A stretch of DNA of 64,000 bases, from positions 55,831 through 119,830 of the forward strand of contig JAFNIX010000005.1 in the NCBI GenBank assembly GCA_017601225.1, written 5' to 3'. Shown piece after piece: positions 37,559 through 47,423 of this stretch. Positions within the stretch are counted from its first letter, which is position 1. Every line of letters begins with the position of its first letter. A program made the position numbers and the translations under genes. The notes below the pieces were generated by a model. That model worked only from the letters and a program-made list of their open reading frames with translations, had not been told where the DNA came from and ran no database searches. The stretch is from Candidatus Brockarchaeota archaeon. Its GTDB lineage: Archaea; Thermoproteota; EX4484-205; JAAOZP01.

Positions 37559-38758
37559 CTAAGGCGGAGGCCTTTTTCCAAGAGTCACCGGTACAACCAG
37601 CTTCCGGCCCTCTCTGATAATCGTCAGATTAACCGTCTTTCCCGGGTAAGTGTATTCCTCCAGTATCCTAGCGATGTCATCACTATTCTTAACGGGATGC
37701 TCATCAATGGAAATAATCAGGTCTCCACCAACTTTTATCTCTGATCCTAGAACGGTCATGGTCTTGGTTCCTCCTTTAAGACCAGCCTTATCCGATGGGC
37801 CTTCAGGGATAATTTCTTGAATAAGCCAGCCATACGTAACGTTCAACCCTGCTGCCCTAGCAATGTAGTAGTTTACGTTAATACCCTTTAAGCCAAGCCA
37901 CGGATGCATATCGTAGCCACCTGTCTTCACCAAGTATGACAGTTCTCTCAGAATCGTGTTAGACGGGATTGCGAAACCCACACCCTGACTGTCTCTTATT
38001 ATGGCAGTGTTCATCCCAACCACTTCACCCTTAGCGTTAAGCAACGGTCCGCCAGAGTTACCAGGGTTTATCGGCGCGCTTGTCTGAATAATGTTCGCTA
38101 TAGCATAGCCTCCTGTGAACTCGCTTGTTATTGTTCTGCCAAGCTGGCTGACAACGCCTGTCGTCATTGTGCCTGTTAATCCAAACGGGTTCCCTATTGC
38201 TATCACCAGGTCCCCGACTCTCAGACTGCTGCTGAAAGTCATGTTTAGAGGGTGGTATAGCTCAAAAGGGGCTGAGCAATTCAACACGGCTAGGTCGCTG
38301 TAGGGGTCGGTGCCTACTAATTGAGCAGGATAGCTTTCCCCATTGTAAAAGGTTACTGTAAGATTGCTCGCCCCCCTCACCACATGGTAGTTCGTTAAAA
38401 TGTAGTGTGATTCGCCGTGTTTCACTACGAAGCCTGAGCCTAGGCCGACATCCTCGCTTAAAAAAGACTTAGCTAAGCCCGTCACCATTACAACGCCTCT
38501 GATGGTTTTCTCATAAAGTTCGGTGAAGCTTACGTTAAAGTAGACTGTGCTTGGGCTTAGCTGAGCATCTTTAATTCTGCTAACCTCCTCGCTTAACCGT
38601 TTCACCGCAAAGTCTAGGTTTTCAACCTTATCGTTAAGCTGAGTTAACTCTGAATAAAGGAAGAAGAGCGAAACTATCAGCCCAGCAGCTATAAAGCCAA
38701 TCATTATGAATACTGCAAGCCAATGTTTAGAGTAGATTACCACGGTTTCCTGAGTCAT
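37559..38758 (-). CDS. HtrA/DegP-family serine protease with N-terminal membrane anchor and C-terminal PDZ domain
   Basis: 399 aa. Catalytic triad context (HYILTNYHVV, ..D.., GNSGGPLLNAKGEVVGMNTAI) and a PDZ region (GLKGG..ISIDEHPV). Confidence 0.85.
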   Translation of the reverse strand: MTQETVVIYSKHWLAVFIMIGFIAAGLIVSLFFLYSELTQLNDKVENLDFAVKRLSEEVSRIKDAQLSPSTVYFNVSFTELYEKTIRGVVMVTGLAKSFLSEDVGLGSGFVVKHGESHYILTNYHVVRGASNLTVTFYNGESYPAQLVGTDPYSDLAVLNCSAPFELYHPLNMTFSSSLRVGDLVIAIGNPFGLTGTMTTGVVSQLGRTITSEFTGGYAIANIIQTSAPINPGNSGGPLLNAKGEVVGMNTAIIRDSQGVGFAIPSNTILRELSYLVKTGGYDMHPWLGLKGINVNYYIARAAGLNVTYGWLIQEIIPEGPSDKAGLKGGTKTMTVLGSEIKVGGDLIISIDEHPVKNSDDIARILEEYTYPGKTVNLTIIREGRKLVVPVTLGKRPPP

Positions 38759-38857
38759 TCTGGCTTAAGTCATGCAAACGCTTCCTAAAAAAATTTCCCG
38801 AGACAAATCCCTGGAAGAGTAAGCCCGCCCTATAGTACTGAAAAAAGAATCTGGACG

Positions 38858-40063
38858 CTACTTCTCTTGCTCCCTCTTACCATAGAGCTGGTATGGTAAA
38901 GCGTAGAGCTTAACCGCTCCAGTAGCATCTCTCTGGTCGAAGCCAGCCTTCTTAATAGATCTTAACTCTGGTGAGAAGAGACTGTATTTAGACTCTCTAC
39001 CAACAACCTCCACGTTACCCTTGTAAAGCTTCACGTCAAGCCTCCCGGAAACATATTTTTGCGTAGAGTCTATGAAAGCGTCGAGATCCCTCCTCAACGG
39101 GTGGAACCACATTCCATGGTAAACTATTTCAGCCCAAATCTTGTCTATCTCCCTCTTAACTTTCAGCTGCTCCTTAGTAAGGGTTAACTGTTCAAGGTTT
39201 CCATGAGTACTTAAGAGTATTGTTGCAGCCGGCGCCTCGTAAAGCTCTCTGGATTTTAAACCTAGTATACCGTCTTCAATTATGTCTATTCTCCCAACGC
39301 CGTGTTGCCCACCAATCCTGTTCAGATAGAGTATTATTTCAACAGGGTCTTTTACCCCATCTACTTCGACAGGAACCCCTTTCTCATAGGTTATTTGAAT
39401 CTTCTGCGGAGTGTCTGGAGCCTTCTCAGGATGGACGGCCCAGATATAGTCCTCAGGGTACTGTGTGTAAAGGTCTTCAACCTGCCCGCTCCCAATGGAG
39501 TGAGACCACATGTTCACGTCTCCACCCAGCTTCCCCTTAGGCTTCTTAGGCTCAATACCGTGTTTCCTGAGGATCTCCTCCTCTTCAAACCTTGAGAGGT
39601 TCAGCTCTCTAACTGGCGCTATCACCTTCAGGTTTGGATCAACATATTTAACTGCAACCTCCATCCTGAACTGGTCGTTACCCTTGCCTGTGCAACCGTG
39701 TGCAACAGCCTCAGCCCCCTCTTTCTTAGCTATTTCAGCCGCCTTCGAAGCAATCAGAACCCTAGTCATAGAGGTTCCAACCGGGTAGCCCCCGTAGCTC
39801 CCGTTAGCCTTGATGCATCTGAATATGTATTCGGTGGCGAACTCGTGCTTAGCATCTATGAAACGTATCTTTAAACCCAGCTTCTCAGCTCTTTCATACG
39901 CGATCCTGATCTCCTCCTCTCCTTGGCCAACGTCGACAAGAACAGGAATCACTTCATCATAGCCATACTTCTCTTTCAACAGTATAGTTATTAGTGTGGA
40001 GTCAAGGCCGCCTGAGTATGTTGAAACAACTTTCCCCGGCATTTCGAGAGTGGTGTGTCCCAC
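38858..40063 (-). CDS. argG: argininosuccinate synthase
   Basis: 401 aa. N-terminal PP-loop VVSTYSGGLDST and the conserved ArgG core (AHGCTGKGNDQ.RFE). Confidence 0.9.
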   Translation of the reverse strand: MGHTTLEMPGKVVSTYSGGLDSTLITILLKEKYGYDEVIPVLVDVGQGEEEIRIAYERAEKLGLKIRFIDAKHEFATEYIFRCIKANGSYGGYPVGTSMTRVLIASKAAEIAKKEGAEAVAHGCTGKGNDQFRMEVAVKYVDPNLKVIAPVRELNLSRFEEEEILRKHGIEPKKPKGKLGGDVNMWSHSIGSGQVEDLYTQYPEDYIWAVHPEKAPDTPQKIQITYEKGVPVEVDGVKDPVEIILYLNRIGGQHGVGRIDIIEDGILGLKSRELYEAPAATILLSTHGNLEQLTLTKEQLKVKREIDKIWAEIVYHGMWFHPLRRDLDAFIDSTQKYVSGRLDVKLYKGNVEVVGRESKYSLFSPELRSIKKAGFDQRDATGAVKLYALPYQLYGKREQEK

Positions 40064-40145
40064 CTTCCCCTATTTAAGTTGTTCTATGAAGTTATGACTC
40101 TTTCAGCATAAAACCAATATACTGGCGCCTCCTTACATTTTCGGA

Positions 40146-40355
40146 ATGGTTGAAGAGTGGGTTGTCGTTGGGCCGCATGAATACTTGGCTGAGAAGGCTG
40201 ATCTTGAAGAACTTGAGAGAAAGGTCTACGAGGTTCTTAAGAATAGGAAGTGCATGCCTCTGTCTGCAATATGGAGATCAGTCCCCTGCCACCTATGGGA
40301 GCTCGACGCAGTTTTGAAAAGACTTAAGGATAAAGGTCTGGTTACAGAGGAATGA
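40146..40355 (+). CDS. small hypothetical protein (69 aa), possible winged-helix
   Basis: ORF only. Charged helical composition. No other support. Confidence 0.3.
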   Translation: MVEEWVVVGPHEYLAEKADLEELERKVYEVLKNRKCMPLSAIWRSVPCHLWELDAVLKRLKDKGLVTEE

Positions 40356-40364
40356 AGAGAGTTA

Positions 40365-41432
40365 ATGAGGATTGATTGCGATGCTCTAATAGTTGGAGGC
40401 GGGCCTTCCGGCCTTTCAACAGGCTTATTCATTTCTAAAAAGGGTTTTAAAACCATAATTCTTGAGGAGCACAATGAAGTTGGCAGGCCTGAGCAGTGCG
40501 CTGGTCTTGTAAGCTGGAGGATAGGCTGGCTTCCGCAACACCTTGTTTTAAACAAGGTTGACACCGCGAGGTTCTGCCTCGGGAAGGAGAGTTTTGAAGT
40601 ATATTCTAAGAAAGAAATGCTCGTGATAGATAGGGCTGGCTACGATAAGTATCTTGCTGAAAATGCTTTGACAGAAGGGGTTGAGATTAGGCTCGGCGAG
40701 AGAGTAGTAGGGCTGAAGGAAGGATGCGTGGTTACGAGTAAAGGGGGTCACTACTCTGGAAGAATACTTGTAGGCGCTGATGGGCCTAACTCTATTGTTG
40801 CAAGACTGGCTGGTTTAAAGCAACCTAATAACCTTCTCTTCGCTCTTCAATGTGTAGCCAACGGTGTCTTCGAACAGGATGTTGTTGAGCTGAGGTTTGA
40901 CCCAGAGTTTTCAAGGGATGTTTTCGCTTGGGTCATTCCTTTAAGCAGGAGCAAGGCGAGAGTAGGGCTTTTAACGAGTGATAATCCTTGGCCGAGGCTA
41001 AGGCTTCTCTTGAAGAGGCTGAACATAGGGTATAGTTGCGGCGGGCTTATAGGGGACTCAATAAGATTCGGAATAATGAGAAGAACCTCTTCCAGAAGGG
41101 TTATTCTCGTCGGTGATGCTGCATGCCAAGTTAAGCCTTTCTCGCTAGGCGGTCTTGTCTACAGCAGGATCTGTAGTAGAATAGCTGGGGATGCTTGCAC
41201 AGCTGCCCTTGAAAGAAACTTTTTTAGCGAGGACTTCATGGCTGAAATATATGATTCTGTTTGGAGGAAAACTATTGGTGGGGCTTTGAAAAAAGGGCTT
41301 AGGATGCGGAGGTTTTTCAACACCGTGAGGCGAATACCCGTTTCATTCACGTTGACGAGGATTCTGGGGTTAAGCCTACTCGCAGGCAGGGTTCTTGACC
41401 CTGATTTCCTTAGAAACAGCCCTGTCTATTAA
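40365..41432 (+). CDS. FAD-dependent geranylgeranyl-reductase-family oxidoreductase
   Basis: 355 aa. N-terminal dinucleotide fold DALIVGGGPSGLS..ILEEH and the EQCAGLVS motif typical of the GGR family. Confidence 0.7.
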   Translation: MRIDCDALIVGGGPSGLSTGLFISKKGFKTIILEEHNEVGRPEQCAGLVSWRIGWLPQHLVLNKVDTARFCLGKESFEVYSKKEMLVIDRAGYDKYLAENALTEGVEIRLGERVVGLKEGCVVTSKGGHYSGRILVGADGPNSIVARLAGLKQPNNLLFALQCVANGVFEQDVVELRFDPEFSRDVFAWVIPLSRSKARVGLLTSDNPWPRLRLLLKRLNIGYSCGGLIGDSIRFGIMRRTSSRRVILVGDAACQVKPFSLGGLVYSRICSRIAGDACTAALERNFFSEDFMAEIYDSVWRKTIGGALKKGLRMRRFFNTVRRIPVSFTLTRILGLSLLAGRVLDPDFLRNSPVY

Positions 41433-41433
41433 A

Positions 41434-42309
41434 ATGTATGCGTTAAAACGGTTGCGAAGCTTTAGAAAAGGCTTATTAGGATTTAGATATACTTTCGAAA
41501 GTCCTGTGAAAATAAGGGAAATCGAGTGTAAGACACTGCTGAATAGAAGTGCTATTGCAGACTACTGCGTAAACCCGTACGTTGGCTGTCAGCATGGGTG
41601 TAGATACTGCTATGCGGCAGGAATAACCTTTAGGTTTAGGAGAAATAAAGAAGAGTGGGGTGAGTTTCTCGACGTTAAGACTAATGCCTTAAAGATCCTT
41701 TCAAGGGAGGTTGAGAAGAAGAAGGCTGGAAAAGTATACTTGAGTTCACTCACCGACCCTTATCAGCCTGTTGAGAAGAAATACGAGTTGACGCGTAAAA
41801 TTCTTGAGACGTTTGTTCAAAAAGGGTTTCCCGTGATTGTTCAAACCAAGTCAAACCTTGTTGTGAGAGACCTGGATGTTTTGAAGAGGAACAAGCTTAA
41901 TGAGGTTGGGGTTACGGTGGTTACATTGGACGAGGAAGTCAGAAAGGATTTCGAGCCGGCTTCCTCAAGTTCTGAGGAGAGGCTTGAAGCAATCAGGCTT
42001 GCCAAGGAGAACGGTTTGAGAACATATGTTTTCTTCGGACCAATGCTTCCATTTATTTCAGAAACCGATTTAGAAGGTTCTTTGAAAAGGTTTAGGGAGG
42101 CGGGGGCGGACTATGTTTATATTGACAGGCTTAACCTGAGGCCAATGGTTTGGAGCATGGTTTCAAAAGTTATCTTGAAAAAATACCCGGAACTATATGG
42201 TGAATGGAAAAGAATACTTTTTTCAGACTCCTCTTACTATGATGAAGTTAAGAAGAAAGTCTTTGAAGCTTCTAAAAAAATCGGTTTGGAACTGGTTTTC
42301 TGCTATTAA
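41434..42309 (+). CDS. radical SAM protein, SplB/COG1533-like (DNA-repair-photolyase-type fold)
   Basis: CxxxCxxC in NPYVGCQHGCRYCYA. The start ATG lies 1 nt after the GGR stop. Confidence 0.55.
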   Translation: MYALKRLRSFRKGLLGFRYTFESPVKIREIECKTLLNRSAIADYCVNPYVGCQHGCRYCYAAGITFRFRRNKEEWGEFLDVKTNALKILSREVEKKKAGKVYLSSLTDPYQPVEKKYELTRKILETFVQKGFPVIVQTKSNLVVRDLDVLKRNKLNEVGVTVVTLDEEVRKDFEPASSSSEERLEAIRLAKENGLRTYVFFGPMLPFISETDLEGSLKRFREAGADYVYIDRLNLRPMVWSMVSKVILKKYPELYGEWKRILFSDSSYYDEVKKKVFEASKKIGLELVFCY

Positions 42310-42392
42310 ATACTCGTAGCATGTTACAACTCTATTAAGGCAATGGCCTCCTGGCCCTCGCGGAGGGTGTCAGAATAGGTTTTTAAACGCGT

Positions 42393-43913
42393 TTGGTTTG
42401 TTTGAAAAAAGATGTGAGTGGCATCAGGCTGAAGTACTCTGGGCTGGTAAACTTCGCCTCAAGGATGATTTCCGTCCTAACAGGCTTATTGTTTACGATG
42501 CTTGTAACTAGGAGGCTTACCGAAGAGCTTTTCGGAACCTGGCAGTTCTACGCAAGCCTGTTAAGCTATTTCACAATACCTTCAAGCATTGCAAACTACT
42601 GGCTTACCAGGTTTACGGGAAGAGGGAAACCGGTTGCGAAGTCAGGAGTCCTGTTCAACAGCATGGTTTCACTGGTTTCAGCAACATTCTTCACAGTCTT
42701 GTCTCCAGTTTTCGCGTCAAGTGTAAGCATCGACCTGCCGACAATCCTCGCATTCATAGTGTGGATCATAGCCATACATCACACGTCCAGCTTGGAATCA
42801 GTATGCCATGGGGTTGAACCGCATATAGTAGGGTATGGGACCGTCTTTTTCGAAGTGTCTAAGGTGATTATCGGAGTTACGCTAGTCGGATACTTCAAAC
42901 TATCTCTTTTCGGGGCTGTTCTTTCAGTAGACTTGGCTCTAATTATTCAGGCTCTATATTACTCGCTGAGGCTGTCAAAACATCTTAAGGGTTCATTTCT
43001 GCCGAATGAGGTGGGCCGATGGTTTAGAATGGGCTGGATACCTTTGGCGTCAATCGCCCCTGGAATAGTGTATTCTCAGGATGCTCTCGTCTTAACGCTG
43101 TTAACCGGGTCCCTGCTTCCAGTAGCATACATCAGGGCTGCAAACATTTTTGCCGGTGTGATACTTTTCGCAGGGTCTCTAGCAATAGGGCTATATCCGA
43201 AACTCCTATCCGGCGGAACAGGTAGAGATATTGAGGATTCGCTGGAGCTCGTGCTGCTTTTCCTAATACCCATGACACTCGGACAATTGATTCTTGCAGA
43301 GCCTCTACTATACCTTTTAAGAGAAGGCTATGCACCTGTACATAATGTTCTTAGAGTAATGGCTTTATGCTCCGCAATCACCGTGATGAAAAGTTTTTTC
43401 TCAACGGTCATATTGGGCGTTGAAAATATCGATGTTAATGAGAACGCCTCGTGGAAAAAACTAGTCAACTCGTATCTCATGAGGATCCCGTTAATCGACC
43501 TTTCTGGTTCAATTGTTTACGTAACAGTAGCCGCGATTATTGCTGAAATATTGAATGATTTAAAGAGCCCACTGATATTGTTCTCTCTATTTGCAGCCTT
43601 ATGCTACTTGCTGGTTAATCTTTCCATAATGCTTTACTATTTACGGCTCTCTAGGAGACTTGTCGTCTTCAGTTTAGATTTTAGGAGAATATTTAAACTT
43701 GTTATTTCGGGGATAGTGATGTCAAGTGTGCTACTAGCACTTTATCCCGAATCGGCTAAAAGCGAGCAGATAATGATTGTATTAACATCCTTGATGCCCG
43801 TCATCCTAGTGGGCATAATTGTTTATTTCACCACTTTGTGTCTGATAGATCGTGAATCCCGCGAGATGTTTAAAACTATTTTAGACTGGTTTCTAGCAAA
43901 GAAACCTATTTAA
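42393..43913 (+). CDS. polysaccharide-biosynthesis/oligosaccharide flippase-family membrane protein (MOP superfamily, Wzx-like)
   Basis: 506 aa with about 12-14 TM helices. Size and TM organisation match the Wzx/MATE-like family. It is next to GT2 and sugar-kinase genes. Confidence 0.45.
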   Translation: MVCLKKDVSGIRLKYSGLVNFASRMISVLTGLLFTMLVTRRLTEELFGTWQFYASLLSYFTIPSSIANYWLTRFTGRGKPVAKSGVLFNSMVSLVSATFFTVLSPVFASSVSIDLPTILAFIVWIIAIHHTSSLESVCHGVEPHIVGYGTVFFEVSKVIIGVTLVGYFKLSLFGAVLSVDLALIIQALYYSLRLSKHLKGSFLPNEVGRWFRMGWIPLASIAPGIVYSQDALVLTLLTGSLLPVAYIRAANIFAGVILFAGSLAIGLYPKLLSGGTGRDIEDSLELVLLFLIPMTLGQLILAEPLLYLLREGYAPVHNVLRVMALCSAITVMKSFFSTVILGVENIDVNENASWKKLVNSYLMRIPLIDLSGSIVYVTVAAIIAEILNDLKSPLILFSLFAALCYLLVNLSIMLYYLRLSRRLVVFSLDFRRIFKLVISGIVMSSVLLALYPESAKSEQIMIVLTSLMPVILVGIIVYFTTLCLIDRESREMFKTILDWFLAKKPI

Positions 43914-43918
43914 ACGGC

Positions 43919-44875
43919 TTATTCTAATGCGGCAGCCAAGGCACCGTGGAGAACCACGTCTTCCCCAAGTGGAGTTATCTTTATCTCCGGCAATCTGTTC
44001 ATAGCGTATTTTGAAACGTTTTTCTTCACTGGGTTGAGTACAAATTCGCTGTTGAAAAGAGCAACTGAGCCGCCGACTGTTATCAGCTCAGGATCATATG
44101 CGTTTATAATGTTAGCGAAGCCAATTGCGTTAAGTAACCCGATTTCCTCAATGATCCTGAGCGCAAATTCGTCGCCTCCCCTAGCGGCGTCGAAAAGCAT
44201 TTTAGAAGTAGCCTTTGAAAAATCCTCTTGGAAATACTTTCTAAGGGAACTCTTATTGAAATCTACGCCCCATTCTTTCAAGAGCAGCCTAGCATAATTG
44301 ACCATTCCGCTTCCACTGCAATATGCTTCCCAATGTCCAAGCTTTCCGCATCCACATTCGAGAAGCCCCTCCTTATCAACTACAATGTGGCCAACCTCAT
44401 GTGCATTGCCATCTTTTCCAAGCAGAAGATGTCCATCAACTATTGCTCCACCACCTATCCCGGTGCTTATCGTAACGTAGACAATGTTTTCAAGATTCCT
44501 GCCGGCTCCAAATCTTTTTTCCCCGAGGACGGCTGCAACACAATCGTTCAAAAGTCTAACAGGCACGTTAAAATGTTTTTCAATGCCTTCCACAATGGGA
44601 ATTGTGCCCACCCGCAGATTAGGAGGGTTGACGATCAGGCCTTTCTTTAAGTCAAGCGGGCCTATCGATCCCACTCCAACTGCTTTCAGGTTTTTATCCG
44701 TAAATCCTAGATAGTTAAGAGCACTTTCACCCATTTCAACAATCTGCTTCACAATATCCGCCCCAGTCACACCTGTTGTTCTCTCTGATTTTTTTAGAAG
44801 AATTTTTCCATTTGCGTCTGATAAGGCAACTCTAACGTTGGATGCCCCAAGATCCACTCCAAGCACTACGCTCAA
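43919..44875 (-). CDS. ROK-family sugar kinase (glucokinase-like)
   Basis: 318 aa. N-terminal ATPase motif LGVDLGASNVRVAL and the ROK zinc motif CGCGKLGHWEAYCSG. Confidence 0.8.
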   Translation of the reverse strand: MSVVLGVDLGASNVRVALSDANGKILLKKSERTTGVTGADIVKQIVEMGESALNYLGFTDKNLKAVGVGSIGPLDLKKGLIVNPPNLRVGTIPIVEGIEKHFNVPVRLLNDCVAAVLGEKRFGAGRNLENIVYVTISTGIGGGAIVDGHLLLGKDGNAHEVGHIVVDKEGLLECGCGKLGHWEAYCSGSGMVNYARLLLKEWGVDFNKSSLRKYFQEDFSKATSKMLFDAARGGDEFALRIIEEIGLLNAIGFANIINAYDPELITVGGSVALFNSEFVLNPVKKNVSKYAMNRLPEIKITPLGEDVVLHGALAAALE

Positions 44876-44904
44876 CTTGTTTAAAACTTGCAGTATAGTC
44901 TGAT

Positions 44905-45261
44905 TTATCCTTTTATCATCCTGATAAAGCTCTTAAACTGCCTCTTTAAATCCTTTAAATCGTCTAGGAAAATCCTGAATCCAACGGTTACAGTACTTGA
45001 ACTAAGCTTCCAAGGGATGCTTGCAAGGCCTGTTTCATATATGAGCATCATTAGGTTTTGGACTGAAAAGGTTAATACTCCGACTACAGCAACTATTACT
45101 CCGATCAACCAATGGTGAATTCTAAGCCCTCTTACTGAGAACTCGTAATTCTTAGTTTTAACTCTGTTTAGAACTATTCTCGTAGCCTTGTCCATTGCCC
45201 AGAATAGTGTTAGGGATTGTGTTGTGCTGAACAGGATTATTGGAACATCCGCCGGCAGCAT
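44905..45261 (-). CDS. small hypothetical membrane protein
   Basis: 118 aa ORF with 2-3 hydrophobic segments between the GT2 and ROK genes on the same strand. Confidence 0.25.
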   Translation of the reverse strand: MLPADVPIILFSTTQSLTLFWAMDKATRIVLNRVKTKNYEFSVRGLRIHHWLIGVIVAVVGVLTFSVQNLMMLIYETGLASIPWKLSSSTVTVGFRIFLDDLKDLKRQFKSFIRMIKG

Positions 45262-45425
45262 ATTTGAAGTTTTAACATGCTTAGTTAAAAACCTTTCTAA
45301 AGGTATCAGTGATCTAAATGTCTTTTTTTAAACATTAATGCTATCATTTTTACTGTTTTCAGTTTTTTAACAATATGGCCTCACTGTTTCCATTCTCTTT
45401 TTCTAGGATAAGAGTTCATGAGACG

Positions 45426-46175
45426 TTAATACAGTTTTCTATAGTATCTTTTTTCAGGCGGAACCCTTCTTTTGAGAAGTTCGCTAAAAACATTGTAAAG
45501 CCATTCGTAGAAGCTTCTGCCAAAACCATACTTCTCATATCTTCTCATTGAGAAGTACACTCTAAGCCCCCCGTCAAACATTATTCTCCCAACCTTCCTC
45601 ATTCTGAATTGAAGGCCATAGTCATCCCCCGCACCTACTGCCGGAAAACCCTTCATAACCATGAAGGGTCTCTTTCTAAAAGCAGTGTTGGCGCCGACAC
45701 TCAGGTATATCTTAAACCTGTAAAGGATTTTCACGAAAACATTATTCAACTCTATCAGAAAAGTATTTTTAAAATTCCTCTCTATCGGTGTTACCACGCC
45801 ATACACCATAACGATATCTTGGTGAGTTTTAAAATCGTGGATTATTCGCTCAAGCAGGTTGGGCGTAACCATGCAGTCCGCGTCGGTTGTGAAAACTATG
45901 TCTGCCTCCGCATTTTTCACTCCATCGTTTCTCGCTCCTCCAACTGTAGGAGTCTCCTGCATCACTATCTTGTCAACATACTTTCTACATATTTCTAAGG
46001 TTTTGTCTCTGCTCCCCCCATCTACGATGATGATCTCATAGTCTGCCCTAGGTATTGTTTGCCAGCTTAGCGATATAAGAAGTTTTTCAACATATTTTTC
46101 CTCGTTGAACGTTGGTATTACTATGGATATCTTCTTGCTAACCAATCCTGCTTGCTTAATCAAATAAAACCCCAT
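45426..46175 (-). CDS. family-2 glycosyltransferase (dolichyl-phosphate sugar transferase-like)
   Basis: ISIVIPTFNEE..IIIVDGGSRDKT..DAD motifs. Start uncertain (the ORF extends to 46241). Confidence 0.8.
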   Translation of the reverse strand: MGFYLIKQAGLVSKKISIVIPTFNEEKYVEKLLISLSWQTIPRADYEIIIVDGGSRDKTLEICRKYVDKIVMQETPTVGGARNDGVKNAEADIVFTTDADCMVTPNLLERIIHDFKTHQDIVMVYGVVTPIERNFKNTFLIELNNVFVKILYRFKIYLSVGANTAFRKRPFMVMKGFPAVGAGDDYGLQFRMRKVGRIMFDGGLRVYFSMRRYEKYGFGRSFYEWLYNVFSELLKRRVPPEKRYYRKLY

Positions 46176-46306
46176 ATTTAAAAATGGGCTGCTGTGAAAA
46201 CACGATTTTTCCCCAAGAAATACCATTAAATTGTTTAACACCGGGTTTCCACGGTCTTTTTCAACTACCGATAAAAGTTTATAAAAACGTTGCTTGAAAC
46301 AGTACT

Positions 46307-47368
46307 ATGACTAGCGGTTATAAAAAAGCATTCTGGGTTAATCCGAGACCTATTGCCCAAAATCCTGAGAAACATGTTAGGGAAATTGTGGAGATGGGTG
46401 CAGATGAAATTTTTCTGCTAAGCATAGATGGCGAAGGAGCTCTTTACCCCGCCAAGTTTTCAGTTGTTGCAAAGGGGGTTGCTGAAAGAAGCTTGATAGG
46501 AGACATTATAAGGGAGGCGAAGAGAAGTGGGTTGAAGGTTCATGCTTGGGTGGTTGCTTTAAACAAGCCGAACGATGAGCTGGCTGCTAAAAGGAAGGAC
46601 TGGTTTGTAGTCAGCAGGGAGGGGAAGAGCTGTGTTGACAACCCGCCCTACGTTGAAAGCTACAAATGGCTTTGCCCGTCGAATGACGAGGTTAAAAGCT
46701 ACTTCACTGGGACGATTCAGGAGCTTATGGAGACTTACGACTTGGACGGGGTTCATCTAGACTATATTAGGCTTCCGGATATTTTCCTCCCTGAAGCGTT
46801 AAGAGAAAGATACGGGTTGGAAAGGGAGATAGATGTATACAGGGAGAAGTATGACTTCTGCTACTGTGAAAAATGTAGAAATGGGTTTAAGAAAGAGTTT
46901 GGCATAGATCCTTTCGAAATCAGATTCGGTTCGAGAAAATGGTATGAGTGGCATGCATGGAGAGCTGAAAGGATTACTGAAATAGTTAAAAACTTTCATA
47001 GGGTTGTGAAAAAATATGATAATACTATTGAGACTTCAGCCGCTGTTTTCGCAACACCGGGATATGCGTACAGGATTGTTTTCCAAAAGTGGTGCGAATG
47101 GCCGCTTGACAGTTTCGAACCAATGATATACCATGAATACTATGGGAAAAACATAAGATGGATTGGCGAAGCAGTCATGGAAGGTGTTTCATGCGGCAAA
47201 ATGATAGTCGCCGGAATACAGTTTGAATTCCTAAGGAGCAAAAGGGATGTGGAGGAAGCCGTGAACGTAGCATTAGAAAGAGGCTCCAACGGGGTTTGCT
47301 TCTTCCTATACCCGTTGCAGCATCCTGAGCTGAAGGATGCGGTGAAAGAGGCGTTTTCAAGGTTCTAA
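46307..47368 (+). CDS. glycoside-hydrolase-like TIM-barrel protein (GHL10/PF02638-like)
   Basis: 353 aa. The DLDGVHLDYIRLP motif and overall (beta/alpha)8 pattern resemble the GHL10 family. Confidence 0.4.
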   Translation: MTSGYKKAFWVNPRPIAQNPEKHVREIVEMGADEIFLLSIDGEGALYPAKFSVVAKGVAERSLIGDIIREAKRSGLKVHAWVVALNKPNDELAAKRKDWFVVSREGKSCVDNPPYVESYKWLCPSNDEVKSYFTGTIQELMETYDLDGVHLDYIRLPDIFLPEALRERYGLEREIDVYREKYDFCYCEKCRNGFKKEFGIDPFEIRFGSRKWYEWHAWRAERITEIVKNFHRVVKKYDNTIETSAAVFATPGYAYRIVFQKWCEWPLDSFEPMIYHEYYGKNIRWIGEAVMEGVSCGKMIVAGIQFEFLRSKRDVEEAVNVALERGSNGVCFFLYPLQHPELKDAVKEAFSRF

Positions 47369-47423
47369 TACTTACTAGCCTGCAACCATCTATCAGTTGC
47401 CTATGTACAAGTTAGATTAAAAT